NCBI GenBank assembly: GCA_951406725.2 | Contig: OX597818.1 | Coordinates: forward strand, 26,846,001-26,910,000 | Length of the DNA: 64,000 nucleotides | Source: Octopus vulgaris | Lineage: Eukaryota | Reading direction: 5' to 3' | Shown: positions 52,701-63,447 of the stretch, piece after piece | Position numbering within the stretch: the first letter of the stretch is position 1 | How the letters are laid out: each line of letters opens with the position of its first letter | Program-made: the position numbers and the translations under genes | The notes under the pieces: generated by a model | What the model was told of the DNA's origin: nothing | The model's database searches: none | What the model saw: only the letters and a program-made list of their open reading frames with translations

Positions 52701-55700
52701 AATGCCACTAAGCACTTTGCAGGTGTACTGACAATTCTGCTACCTTGCTGCCTTAAAAGTACCAAATATTGACAACTAAAGTATTGAGATGGTAAAACAG
52801 AAAACAAAAACCTTTTCTCCACGAAGTTCATTCAAAGTTTCTACACGTTTCGACATGATTTCAATGGGTTCTTTGAATCGACTGCTTCCAACAATATCTT
52901 CCAAAAATTCAAGCATCCCTTCACTGTGTTCATTTTCAGCTTTGGGCTTCATCATGGCAATTTGCTCAACTTCTCCCTATATATACAAAGAAAAAAAACA
53001 TGTAAGTTTTCATTTTTATTCCATCTAAAGAAAATCATTTCAGAACAAAATATGTATGCGATATGCATGCAATTGTGTGTGTTTGCATTTCATATTAATT
53101 TTAGTAAAAATTTGCACAACTGTAAACTGGTCTTAGTCAAGCTGTATTCAAACCAAAGATATTTCCTCATTTCAGTTTGTAATAGTACCTACACCAAACT
53201 TCACAAAAGCAAGTAAGTACACTAACGTCTAAAACAACACAATATCAATAACTGAAATCAAATTCATGACAGTGAAAACAAGACTAGTTCTTACAAGTAG
53301 TTCAGTGCCATATCCAAATTAGCTTTTAATTACTTAACATAAAAAGAAAAAAAATTGCTTTTCCAAATAGACATGGCTGTATGTGAGGTTAAGAAGTTTG
53401 CTTTCCAAGCACAAGGCTTTGGGTTCAGTCCCACTGTGTGATGCCTGAGGCAAGTATCTTTTACTATAGCCTCAGGTCAACCATTGCCTTGTGAGTGAAT
53501 TTGGCATATGGAAATTGCATGGAAGCCTGCTGAATGTGTCTATGTCTGTGCTTGACAATTGACAATTGGTGTTGGTTTGTTTACATCCACTAACTTAGTG
53601 GTCCAGTAAAACAGACCAATAGAATAAGTTCCAAACCTAAAAAATAAGTATTGCAGTTGATTTGTTATACTAAAAACCCCTCAAGGTGGTCTTTCAGCAT
53701 AATCACAATTCAATGATTGAAAAAAAGGTACTGACATTCTACAGAAAGCTAAATTTATCCAAATTTGTGATTTTTGAACTGGTGAAATTGTTGAGATATT
53801 AATAAAAAAATAAGTAAATATAGAGATGAAGATGAGAATATTCCACAATGCAGTATGGAAATTAAATAAAATTTTAATTTTGAAGGAATTAAAGATTACT
53901 TTAAATAACATTGGTTGAAAAACTCACATTTCATACAAAAAGATATAATGAAAATTATTAAAAAGTAGGAGGAATATAAGGGAACATGTTTCTGAAAATC
54001 TTACTTGTAAGATAAGAAACCGGTTATGGTCAAGATCAACGCCACTACCACGCAACAGGGCTGCAATTTCTTTATATGTCTTTCGCTTACCATCAACCAT
54101 ATAGTATGAACTGTTGTCTCTAAATGCCACTCTTGAGACAACAAACTTGGAATCAGGGACTACTTCATATTCTTCATCGCCAGGCTGCAAAAATGCAAAA
54201 GACATTACAAAATAAGAATTGGTCAAATGTTATTTTCTTTTCATTGAATTCTGATATAATCAACATAGTGTTTGTTCAACCCCAGGTAATCCTGAATCCA
54301 ATGACTTATGAAAAAAGGTATCATCACAATTTTCTATCAGGCATCGCATTTTATATTCAAATTGTCTCTCCTTTTTCAAGATAGTACAGTGTAATTTGAG
54401 GGTAGATTTTTAATAAGTGAAGTAACCATGTAAAGGCTCCTCTTATTAGCTCATTTAATATAATTGTCGACTGGTGTGGCACAAGACAAACCCTCAAGAC
54501 TATTCAGCCCAATAATCACATTTATTAAACTTCACTTGCCATAAAACTCACAAATAGTAAATGTCACTCAGGAAATCTATGAAAAATATAATGAAAATTA
54601 TTAAAAAGTAGGAGGAATTTAAGAGAACGTGTTTCTGAAAATCTTACTTGTAAGATAAGAAACCAGTCATGGTCAAGATCAATATCACCACCACACATCA
54701 TCATCATCATCGTTTAACGTCCGCTTTCCATGCTAGCATGGGTTGGACGGTTCAACTGGGGTCTGGCAAGCCCGAAGGCTGCACCAGGCCAGTCAGATCT
54801 GGCAGTGTTTCTACAGCTGGATGCCCCTCCTAACGCCAACCACTCCGAGAGTGTAGTGGGTGATTTTATGTGCCACCGACACAGGTGCCAGACGAGGCTG
54901 GCAGACGGCCACGCTCGGAAAGAGTAGACTTATGATCTAAGGTATCATCACAATTTTCTATCAGGCATGCAATTTCTTAATATATCTCTCACTTACCATC
55001 AACCATATAGTATGAACGGTTGTCTCTAAATAATAGGCTAGTATTTTTAGTAAGTGAAGTAACCACCTAAAGGCTCCTCTCGTTGGCTCATTTAATACAA
55101 CTGTTGACTGGTGTGGCATAAGACAAAATCCTCAAGACTATGAAATTTTTAACAGGCAAAGTCAAAACCACTAAAGTAAAAATCCAATTTTTCACAAAAA
55201 TAAATCATCCTAAAAAGAGCATGTTATAATGGAAATATATTTATCAACATGTTTCCATAGAACCCCATGTATAGCATGCAGACCATCTAACAAAAAAAAA
55301 AGAAAAACAATATTAAGGGAACATATAATGCATAGTATTAAACCTTTAATATTTAGTAACACATATTATATTAACATAGAATATTCATAAGTATAACAAA
55401 ATATACAGTCTACTGCATTTTTGCATGTGCTATGGCAAAAATCCAGACATGAATATATCATTATTTTAACATTTAATTTTCCATTCTTGCATGGGTCAGT
55501 CATTGAGTCAGATTTTCTACAGCTGGATACCCTTCCTGTTACCAACCCTCACCTGTTTCCAAATAAAGTAATATTTCCCCATAGCCACACATTTTTCACA
55601 GATGACTGGAAACAAATATCACTTGTATGACAGTGGTATCAAGGACATGAGTATACACACACACACACGATTGGCTCCTTTCAGTTTCTCTCTACCAAAT

Positions 55701-58700
55701 CCATTCACAAAGCTTCAGTTTACCCAAGGTTACAGTCAAAGACACTTGGCCCAAGGTGTTGCACTGTGGAATTGAACAGAACACTACATGATTGAGAAGC
55801 AAGCTTCTTAACCACATAGCTATGCCTGCACCAATGTATATATTGAGATGTTGAATATATTTATTTTATCATCCAGATTCTTCTTTGTTACTCTTCTATA
55901 CACTGGACCAACTGTTCCTTGGCATCATTGTAATATAAGGTTGTTGTCCCCATATTCTGTCAGTTTTACTATTCCTCTCTTTTTCCCCACAATGTTATCT
56001 TAGTTTCTGTCCAAAGCATTTGAGACACACCATTTCAAAAATCACCTTTCATATAAACAGAGGTATGGCTGTATGGTTAAGAAGTTTGCTTTACAACCAT
56101 GTGTTTAACACAGCACTTTGAACAAGAGTCTGATATAGTCCCAGGCCAACCAAAGCTTTGTGAGAGAAATAAAAATAAATATTTCCTCCTTGAGCCATGC
56201 CAGGCTCCTGATTTCAATGGCATATATATTCCCCACCGTGATGGGACACCAGACCATCACAGGATTACTCCTTTTTGCCTGAAGTCTTTTGCTCAAGAAC
56301 ACAACAGATCGCCCGGTCCGGGAATCAAAACCATAATCTTATGATCATGAGTCCAACACCCTAACCACTAAACCTCACGCCTCCACTGTGGGAGAAATTA
56401 GCATACAGAAATTACATAAAACACATTTTAGGTGCATGTGAGCTCAACTATAGATGATAACATGTTGAAATTTCTTTGTAAATGAATCATCTGGTAACAA
56501 TGAAAGTTCAAAGACAAATGGAAACTAAATCTCTCTTATTTAAAAAACAGGAAACGATTAGCAACACAAAGAACAACTAAGGCTTCAATAGTATGCATTC
56601 ATCTAATCCATACTAGCATTGAAAAATGAACAAATCATTTGTCTCTGGAGACATTTGTTCAGCCAAGCATCTCTACCCCAAGTAGTAACTGTAGAATAAT
56701 CTTGTTTTTGTCTAGTGGCCAATGGATGTGTATGTTTTCCTTCTACCATCAAGGTATTACACTGCTATTAAACACCTTGCTCAACAGATTTGTTATTATA
56801 TCCATTACCTGCAGCATACTCATTGCACCACCATAAAGTAAATTTGATGGGCAAGTTTACTTTATTGTTCTTAACCTTCTGCATGCTATGACACCTAAAG
56901 ACATCAAGAGTCAGTAGTTTTCTGCTCAGCGTTCCCTGCCTAACCTAAACACTCTTGATGCAATCCAAGGTCCACTTTGTGTCCAACTTTCTTCATGTCC
57001 CTGGATGTAAACCCACAAGAACTGTACAGACAATAATTTTTCTTTTTTAAGATTATATAAGGTGGTACATAGGAACCATAAGCCAAACAGCTGAGTATAA
57101 CAGTAAATGATTTTTTTCAAGGCTATTAATCTTCACAGTCACAATCTTACAATCAGCAGAAAGCAAGATTAGATGGTATCCTCAGTGGGACTGAAAGAAT
57201 AGCTATTCTTCTTTCATATTTTGGTAGTTTAGCAGTTTTCCTTCGTATTCTTTACAAGTTTCAGTATCACATTAGTTTGGCTCCTGGTACTGAACAGCTG
57301 TTGATTCATTAAAAAAAAAAAGTACTATTTCTGTGTTAGCTTGAAATTTATAATAGCTAAAGCCAAGTGGATTCTAATGCCAGTAGTCAACACTGACATT
57401 AGAACCCAACATTCTCTATCCTACTATTTGTAATCTTAATACATCCTCTTCTACAAATGGGAAAGATATTCTCTCCCACTGTATGCTTTTTTGAACTTTT
57501 GTATAATTTTATGTACTTCTTGAGCTACCTCCACAATCTAATGTAACATTTGCTCACTATGAAGCATCTCACAGCTAATCTATTATGTTTTGAACAGTCT
57601 TGAAATTAGGAAAACCTCACACCTCTGGTTCTCACATTGACAAAAACTATCTAGAATTACAATGAATTATCTACACTTGAAGCCAGTTGTGAACACACCA
57701 TGTAATATATGTATAGTAATACAATAACTCAGTTTACGAGACCCTGGGTTTATGAGTTTTATTTTTCAAGCACAAGATCCAAATTTTGAACGAAGTGCAA
57801 AAGTTTCTACTATAACTGCTTCTGCATGTTACTGAGAAATTTATAGAGAGCGGAAAAAAAGCTTCCTCTAAGTAAACAACTCTAGACTTGCTTTTTAAAA
57901 AGAAATCTACAAGTCCATCTATGGGTGCTTTGTAAATCAGTGATCGTGTCTACAAGTGATGGAGTGCACAAGTCTAGTGCGAGTGAAAGTGATTCAGAAA
58001 ATGATTATAATAATTTTTTATAGAAATGATCCAGACATTCTTTTTACTTTTCATAAAATATTTTTTACATTCTACTGTTGTTTTATTGCCATTTATTTAG
58101 AAGTATTATAAATTTTATAGGTAAAATACTTTTTTGGAAATGAATTACAATTTATAACATTGTTACTATGGAAAATTAGTGTTCTGCTTTATGGGTTTTC
58201 GCTATACGAGCAGTCTCTGGGAACAAGTTACCTCATGTATCAAGGCATTACTGTATTATATAGTTTTAAGATAATTCAAACTTTAAAAACATCAAAGTAC
58301 ATACACATAGCAACATACTATACATGGACTTTTAAAGTCCATGTTTAGTATTTGGTAAACTGTGATTAATATCAAATTAAATAGTCTCAAAGAAAATAAT
58401 CAGGGACCATAAATAACACAAGTTAATTGTTGCCAACATTAAAATAAAATAAAATTATATGAAAAATTATTACACTTACTCCTGTATCAATGATTTTCTG
58501 GAAATGAACACTAACAGTACAGCTTTCAACATTTGGATACTGTTGACTATTGTGGATTAAAACACTGATTTTCTTTGAACGGATCTTGTTGGCACGGTAA
58601 CCAAAGACAAACAGCATTGAATCGATAACATTAGACTTGCCACTACCATTTGGACCAACAATGGAAGTAAAGCACTGATAAAAGAAGAAATAGGAAACTT

Positions 58701-61700
58701 ACAGGAAAAAAAAATAATATGTTGTCTATAAAAATAATATGATAGCTTAACTTGAAAGCAGGCATGAGCAACCATTTTTTGAGAAGCAGGTCACATGAGC
58801 CATGACTACTCATCAGGCAGGCTGCACTACTAAAATATAAGGTAATTTTTTTCATTAGATGTGCCATTCAGAAAATCCTGCAGGCTGCAGTTTGCCCATG
58901 ACTGCTTTTAAGCAATGAACAACTTCCATTTAAAATTATTCTCAGCATACAACTGTCAAGAAAACATATTTTGAAGGGATGAAAAATACATGTAAACACA
59001 AATCTGAGCATTAAGATGTTTAACCCTTTCGTTACTATATTTCTGACCAAAATACACCCCTTATGTGTTTCAATTAATTTCTAACATAATTATAAATTTA
59101 GTCTGGTTTCATTAAACAACTATAACTTTTTTATTTAGCAATATATTAATGTGATTTTTGGAAGATAATTTAATGAAATGTTCTCAACCAATTCTATACT
59201 ATAATTTTTGTCACAAAGTGACTCTAATTGCAGGTAGATACAGGTAAATTCAACAAAATATAAAATTATTAAAATTTTGTTCAAACATCGCTATAGAAAA
59301 TGGGTTATTAGCTAATATTCAATTGGGTATACAACAAAATTTTACGATAGAATTTGTTATTCTGGGTAACTTTCTGATACCCATAATAATATTTATGGCA
59401 AAATAGTCTTAATTTCATTTAAGGATATGGGAAACCACAAAGTATCCTTTCTTTCGTTTTGTTTACATTTAGCGTAACAGTTCGTTTCTGCCGTAATGAT
59501 TTCAAATAGGCTCATTCAAGAAAAAGTAAAAAGAAATAGTCTAAGGCTTTACTCTTCTGGGAAAGTCTGTGGCTTGGTCCAGTTTCTTCAGAAAAATCAC
59601 CGAAAGAAACAGTTTTTAAATTTTCACTCCATTCAGGTGCCAATTCATTTTCTTTATCGCTGTTGGAGCTCTCGGATTCACTGTTTTCACTTTCGGAAAA
59701 TAAAACATCAGATTCATTATCAAATACCACATGCTTTTTTTTTTTCAGTCATAGAGTTAGATTTATGAAGGTCTTCAGTAGAAAATCCTTCAAATTCTGA
59801 CTCGCTGCTTGATATAATGAAATTCGTATCCATTTTTTGTCAGAATTACAAATTTTGAAAACACAATAGGAACAAATTTCAGAAAGAAATCTCCCAAAAT
59901 TCACGGAATTAAAATTACACTTCGATTTTTGTACAAAACTGTAGTTGAACTCTTTACGAAGTATAATACGTATTTTCACGAATGTACTAAAGAGATTTGC
60001 TCTGATATTCTCATTTAAATATGAATAGGTAAATTCGGGCGGGTTTGGTCACATGTAAACACAAATCTGAGCATTAAGATGTTTAAGCACTAAGTTGCTT
60101 ATCAATTATATGATCATCTTGTTCCTTTAGTTGAGGTTACAGGATAGCTCCAAATATATTATCACTGATCAAATAAATAGGTAATCAAATGATTCCTCTA
60201 CTGCAAACAAGCCAAGTACAGTACTCAGTTTAAATCATATACAATATATAACAAATAATTATTTGTTGTATAAGGATTAGATAATAATGACAAGATTTCA
60301 GAGTTGTATGCTACCAAACAACTCATAGATCACTCACTTATGATCACAATTTAATTCAATTATGCTAGATTTGCTTAGAATTTATAGACTGGTAATCTAA
60401 GGCTAGTTCCATGTACAAAATTTAAGAAAATCTTTACTCAAGTTATCACAGTTATTGTAATAATTCTTTAAAGTCCTGTGGCTTATTTACCTAATCAAGG
60501 ATTGTATTTTCACTAAAACCCAATATATTCTCAGTCGTTTTAATATTTGATATCATACAGCACTAACAATTAGTTTGCATGAAGTCAAGATAATTACATA
60601 AAAGTAACAATTTTCATCTGTAGAATACAATTGATTCTGAAATTGAATATGAATTACCTTGTGAAATGGTCCAATAATTTGTGTGTTAGCATAAGACTTG
60701 AAGAAATAATTTTCTATATGACTGATCATGAGCCTTGGTCCATCATGTGAATAGGTAGCTACACTCTCAATTATTGGTGGAACTTCAACTGGGCCAAAAT
60801 CTTAAAAAACAAATTTAAAATAGAATGTAAACAAATTTAAATGTATAAATTCACAAGTACAATAATTTAGAAATAAACTATAAATTTCTCCTGCATAAAA
60901 ACAAATTTCTGTACACGGAAAACATTCTATAACTAATTTAATTAGTAATGTAACCAATTTAATACATAAACTATTAAGTTAATGATTTAAAATAAGGATT
61001 TTATTTTAAAGTAAATTTTCCAATCAATTATATTCTGGACTGTATCAAAAATGTCAACTAATTTAATTAGTAATGTAACCAATTTAATACATAAACTATT
61101 AAGTTAATGATTTAAAATAAGGATTTTATTTTAAAGTAAATTTTCCAATCAATTATATTCTGGACTGTATCAAAAATGTCAACTAATTTAATTAGTAATG
61201 TAACCAATTTAATACATAAACTATTAAGTTAATGATTTAAAATAAGGATTTTATTTTAAAGTAAATTTTCCAATCAATTATATTCTGGACTGTAACAAAA
61301 ATGTCATTTAATATTAGTATAAAACTTAATGAAATTATCAAATCAGTTCAATTTTAACTCTGTTTTCAATTTTTAGAATTTACCTAATACACAGTTTCAT
61401 AGCTAAACAAAAAATATTGAATCTTTTCTTTTATCAGTTTCAGTCATGAGACAGCAGCCATGCTGAGGCACCACCTTGAACGATTTTTAGTTGAATGACT
61501 CAACTCCAGTACTTTTTATTTAAGCCTGGTACCTATTCTATTGGTTACTTATTCATATAGATATTAATTTTATCATATGTATCAGTAGACAATTATACAA
61601 TATAAGTAAATTTATAGTTATTTACTTAGAAGAAAAGATTTACAATCATACAATAATACTACTTTATAAAGTTACATATATTGGCCTTCCATGCCTTGGG

Positions 61701-63447
61701 AATTTAGCTTGGTTGAATTCATCTATTAAACTTTTGAACAAATTAAATATATTTAAATCAGAAGTTATATGTACAGATCTTTAGTTAGAAAAAATCTTTT
61801 TCCTAACTAAAGTTCACACTATCATGCATAGTGTATTCTTGTTCAAAATTTAGACAGTTAAAAGAAACTCAAATATTCAGTACAAATAGAACACCTTCCT
61901 TAAGAGAAACAACAATACTTGTGGCAAGATTTAAAAGGTATTTCATTTAAAGGTCCATGCCTTACATTCAAGCCCCATGTCTTGCTACCATGTAGCATTG
62001 CAGTTTATCCACAATCATCATAAGTCTGCCCTCCACTCTAAGAGAAAAACTCCCTGTTAGCAGTAGAATAGCTTTATAAGCTTTTTCTAACCTGTATTAA
62101 CTGTCATTATGCTTTCAGAATATACCTTTCCCTCCACTGCTAATTAGGTCCCCAAAGTAACAGAAGCCAGCAATTACTTCCAGAGAGCTGTTCAAGTATT
62201 TGAGAAGATCTATTTCATGTGTTTTTATTTTATATGTGCTTTGTGCATCACTTACATACAAAATCTATTTCTCTGTCCCTGTGATCTCACTACCACTCTT
62301 TCACCTCCATAGTTTACACGGGGCACAGTGGAATTTCTACCTTCACATTTTGATGACAGCACTTTGAGAACTTTTAAGCCTAGGTTTTGCTTGCACATCT
62401 GGAATTTCCTGTCTTAATTCTATAACAGATTCACAATAAAAACTAGGTCATCAGCACATAGCAGTTACATGGATAGCTTGTCTCAACTTCTTTCTAATAG
62501 CCTAGAAGATTATACTGAACATTATATTTAATATGCAAGTGAGGGGACCCTTACACATTAAATTTCTTGCTCTCACCTTGCTGACTGACCCTTTATACAT
62601 TGCTTGCACAACCCACAAAAAACATTCAAGTTTCCTAAATAACCACTTTTCAGAGAATGGTACACTGTCAAAGCCCTTCTCAAAGACAAGATATACTATG
62701 TACAGCAGTATACTCCTAGCTAAGGACTACTTCTGCAGTCGTCTCACTTAAAAGAAAGCATCAGTAGTACCCTGCCTGGCACAAACCTGAACAACATCTC
62801 ATTTAGACTAATTCTGTTTCTAAATCTAATCTTTCAGTAACTTTCATAACCTATTCCATCAACTTGATGTCACGCAGTTTCCTCTAAGTGTCATTTTACT
62901 AGATATTTTTATATAACCACATGAAGTAAAAAATTATATCATTTCTCAACAAGTATTTAAAATAGTCACTGGAACCAAAACCATTAAATCACCAGCTGAT
63001 CATATTCAATTAAAACTGATATTCTTAATAATTAAAAAAAAAACTGTACTCCAAAGTTTAAACCATTTGTTATATTCCTTTTGAAATATTCCCATCTTTG
63101 TTTCAATTAATTTTGAAAATAATGAAGAATTTTAGTAAAATAATTTAATCATTATTAAACTGTTGTGGGACATAAATTGGCATGAAATTTTGAGGGGAGG
63201 TTTTAATTCAGAACTCTTTAAAACAGGAAGTTTTTATCATAGAACCAGGGATAGTCTCAGGTAAGTTGGTATCAGAAGGATTAATGAGAAACAAAAAGTT
63301 CATACCTTCTGGTCTGAAGATGTGTGTCACAGGAGTCATCAAAGGAACAGATTCAGCTCCATCTTGATTAACCATTTCATTCTCTTGATCAACTTCTTGC
63401 TCCTTTGAAGCAGCAGCAGCTGTAGGTTTTCTACGTTTTGATACCAT
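20843..63447 (-). CDS. SMC4: Structural maintenance of chromosomes protein 4 (condensin subunit), complete spliced CDS, 26 coding exons, ~1281 aa
   Basis: Exon phases are all consistent (3846 nt total). Walker A GPNGSGKS, FLILQGEVEQI Q-loop, hinge GRLGDLG and GALIDISGTISGGG, RPPKKSWKNISNLSGGEK signature, YVMDEIDAALD Walker B/D-loop, ISLRNNMFE. Confidence 0.97.
21230..22325 (+). mobile_element. RTE-type LINE fragment plus 3' tail in the last SMC4 intron
   Basis: LEVVDSFHYLGDQV..RIRIAWTKFRELLPLL..KGRLYDACV; GRSRKTW-like motif. Confidence 0.85.
22614..22797 (-). CDS. SMC4: SMC4 exon 25 (signature motif and Walker B)
   Basis: VRPPKKSWKNISNLSGGEKTLSSLAL..MDEIDAALDFKNVSIV; AG/GT. Confidence 0.96.
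24000..24232 (-). CDS. SMC4: SMC4 exon 24
   Basis: EAVYLKRV..YQMITLGGDAELELVDSLDPFSEGIVF; AG/GT. Confidence 0.96.
24638..24692. repeat. (TAG)n-(CTA)n palindromic microsatellite
   Basis: Direct reading; symmetry centre in gtac at 24658-24661. Confidence 0.95.
25772..25809 (+). ncRNA. Minimal type-I hammerhead ribozyme-like motif in a short repeat (25733-25843)
   Basis: ctgt-CCGACGA-atg ggaa tgt-GAAA-ctc a gag-TA-acag. Confidence 0.6.
26249..26428 (-). CDS. SMC4: SMC4 exon 23
   Basis: LSQLTLHAI..KMKPNLTAINEYREK; AG/GT. Confidence 0.93.
26523..26740 (+). mobile_element. tRNA-headed short element with an (AAT)n linker and a degenerate hammerhead-like tail
   Basis: A box tggtgtagtgg 26532-26542; B box gttcgattcc 26577-26586; CTAATGA-a-ggctgg..tcagcc-GAAAC at 26650-26682. 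Confidence 0.65.
27305..27478 (-). CDS. SMC4: SMC4 exon 22
   Basis: EKIENHEK..KHWKKQ coiled coil; AG/GT. Confidence 0.92.
28866..29010 (-). CDS. SMC4: SMC4 exon 21
   Basis: NLKKSQEKLESLEKE..HSEVK; phase 2/0. Confidence 0.9.
30491..30628 (-). CDS. SMC4: SMC4 exon 20
   Basis: LHKEIMDIGGNKLKAVQARVD..; phase 2/2. Confidence 0.92.
31165..31320. mobile_element. piggyBac-type MITE (TTAA-CCC...GGG-TTAA)
   Basis: ttaaccccttagca ... tgctaaagggttaa. Confidence 0.8.
31398..31449 (-). CDS. SMC4: SMC4 exon 19 (52 nt)
   Basis: YEKDAKVVSKIEKEVQ; phase 1/2 bridges its neighbours. Confidence 0.88.
32052..32178 (-). CDS. SMC4: SMC4 exon 18
   Basis: ALSEQEITL..SAAPDKAEV..; phase 0/1. Confidence 0.9.
32500..33095 (+). 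mobile_element. Decayed piggyBac/PGBD4-like transposon fragment
   Basis: Ser/Asp-rich stretch then KWSETLKNISLQNFTQLNG, similar to ORFs 59512-59730 and 45739-45963. Confidence 0.45.
34091..34213 (-). CDS. SMC4: SMC4 exon 17
   Basis: LTDETANIRQKK..KYSMEVK; AG/GT. Confidence 0.9.
34577..34890 (+). mobile_element. Young CpG-rich retroposon 3' segment (RTE-associated tail)
   Basis: gagtggttggcgttaggaagggcatccagc..catgctagcatggaaagcggacg followed by a trinucleotide tail; same family reversed at 54695-54920. Confidence 0.7.
35515..36310 (-). mobile_element. RTE-type LINE fragment
   Basis: Reverse complement homologous to 12720-13620 (tgttacctaggtgac, catggtagtgagatatgggc). Confidence 0.8.
36597..36706 (-). 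CDS. SMC4: SMC4 exon 16 (end of hinge, GTISGGG)
   Basis: ORF 36522-36716; phase 1/0. Confidence 0.94.
37589..37773 (-). CDS. SMC4: SMC4 exon 15 (hinge)
   Basis: PESVPRLFDLV..AFYFALRDTLVAKDLDQATRIAYG. Confidence 0.96.
38532..38861. mobile_element. piggyBac-like MITE
   Basis: ttaaccccttccccggc matches the reverse complement of gctgggtaatgggctaa. Confidence 0.55.
39959..40161 (-). CDS. SMC4: SMC4 exon 14 (hinge)
   Basis: GDLGAIDSKFDCAISTACGALDNILVDT.. Confidence 0.96.
40757..40888 (-). CDS. SMC4: SMC4 exon 13
   Basis: LRNARLKIEE..GKLPGILGRL; aag acceptor, gtaagt donor. Confidence 0.92.
41580..42200 (+). mobile_element. Decayed mariner transposase
   Basis: YDLETKAQ, MVTVFWD, HHDNAQPHTS and LHSPYSP remnants. 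Confidence 0.7.
42744..42852 (-). CDS. SMC4: SMC4 exon 12
   Basis: QIKDMEQKIP..NSSEQ; phase 2/0. Confidence 0.9.
44037..44158 (-). CDS. SMC4: SMC4 exon 11
   Basis: YNVAQSELDIYLS..; phase 0/2. Confidence 0.93.
44509..44586 (-). CDS. SMC4: SMC4 exon 10
   Basis: DLQEEKDKQEEQLLGMQKSVSESKSQ. Confidence 0.9.
44876..45019 (-). CDS. SMC4: SMC4 exon 9
   Basis: IGEFKSIPEEAEK..VMKSLKIETK. Confidence 0.92.
45396..46780 (+). mobile_element. Internally deleted piggyBac/PGBD4-like transposon
   Basis: TTAA-CCC left end; acidic N-terminus then PDFTEN..PPNAQPLNYLFLF; PTDTVEMRAF; C-terminal Cys-rich YRCSFCKVPLCKGYFRQFH; right end uncertain. Confidence 0.75.
47823..47973 (-). CDS. SMC4: SMC4 exon 8 (probable GC donor)
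   Basis: EYEALVKES..DVKCREDMKH..QELKK then gcaagt; phase 2/0. Confidence 0.88.
48817..49212 (+). mobile_element. Young full-length tRNA-derived SINE
   Basis: ggcgcaggagtggctgtgtggtaag.. head, CpGs retained, tail gtaaaagagtaaaga. Confidence 0.9.
49275..49497 (-). mobile_element. SINE 3' half, inverted relative to 48817-49212
   Basis: Reverse complement of the tail and core of the same family. Confidence 0.75.
49578..49700. mobile_element. Tigger/pogo-like MITE
   Basis: TA-cagtagtaccttggtttacgaac matches the reverse complement of gtttgcaaaccgaggtactacta. Confidence 0.6.
49995..50135 (-). CDS. SMC4: SMC4 exon 7
   Basis: NDCAANESKA..YDKTY; phase 2/2. Confidence 0.88.
50447..50574 (-). CDS. 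SMC4: SMC4 exon 6
   Basis: LNRVKAVEKEKDNLEGAKNEAEEFL..; phase 0/2. Confidence 0.94.
52812..52976 (-). CDS. SMC4: SMC4 exon 5
   Basis: GEVEQIAMMKPK..GMLEFLEDIVG..RGEK. Confidence 0.96.
53370..53720 (+). mobile_element. Older tRNA-derived SINE copy
   Basis: Diverged head, core and tail of the main family. Confidence 0.75.
54005..54184 (-). CDS. SMC4: SMC4 exon 4
   Basis: PGDEEYEVVP..GVDLDHNRFLILQ. Confidence 0.96.
54543..55141 (-). pseudogene. Rearranged partial duplicate of SMC4 exon 4 and flanking intron, interrupted by a retroposon (54695-54920)
   Basis: Blocks match 53918-54051, 54303-54350, 54086-54125 and 54405-54502. Confidence 0.85.
58480..58674 (-). CDS. SMC4: SMC4 exon 3 (Walker A)
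   Basis: CFTSIVGPNGSGKSNVIDSMLFVFGYRANKIR.. Confidence 0.97.
59024..60050 (-). mobile_element. Non-autonomous piggyBac/PGBD4-like element bounded by a 36-bp direct repeat
   Basis: TTAA-CCCTTTCG end at 59020; ORF 59512-59730 has an acidic N-terminus then WSENL..FSEETGP..ALDYFFLLF. Confidence 0.7.
60658..60800 (-). CDS. SMC4: SMC4 exon 2
   Basis: GPRLMISHIENYFFKSYANTQIIGPFHK; phase 1/0. Confidence 0.95.
60931..61305. repeat. Tandem repeat, 3 x 125 bp, near perfect
   Basis: Units start at 60931, 61056 and 61181 (aactaatttaattagtaatg...). Confidence 0.95.
62040..62870 (-). mobile_element. RTE-type LINE RT fragment, heavily decayed
   Basis: Reverse complement shows a (Y/C)ADDLV-like tgtgctgatgacctagtt, the FCYFGDL block and gtgccaggcagg (F-PGR) motif. 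Confidence 0.7.
63306..63447 (-). CDS. SMC4: SMC4 first coding exon (MVSKRRKPTAAAASKEQE..FRPE)
   Basis: ATG at 63447 directly after an acceptor-like ttcag-a; gtatg donor; phase 1 matches exon 2; basic NLS-like KRRK. Confidence 0.8.

Noticed and set aside
60931-61305. CRISPR-like array
   Set aside because: Contiguous 125-bp units with no unique spacers, inside a eukaryotic intron, and no cas genes.
20843-63447. Intronic miR-15/16 cluster as in vertebrate SMC4
   Set aside because: No matching mature sequence or convincing hairpin was recognised by eye; a formal search was not possible.
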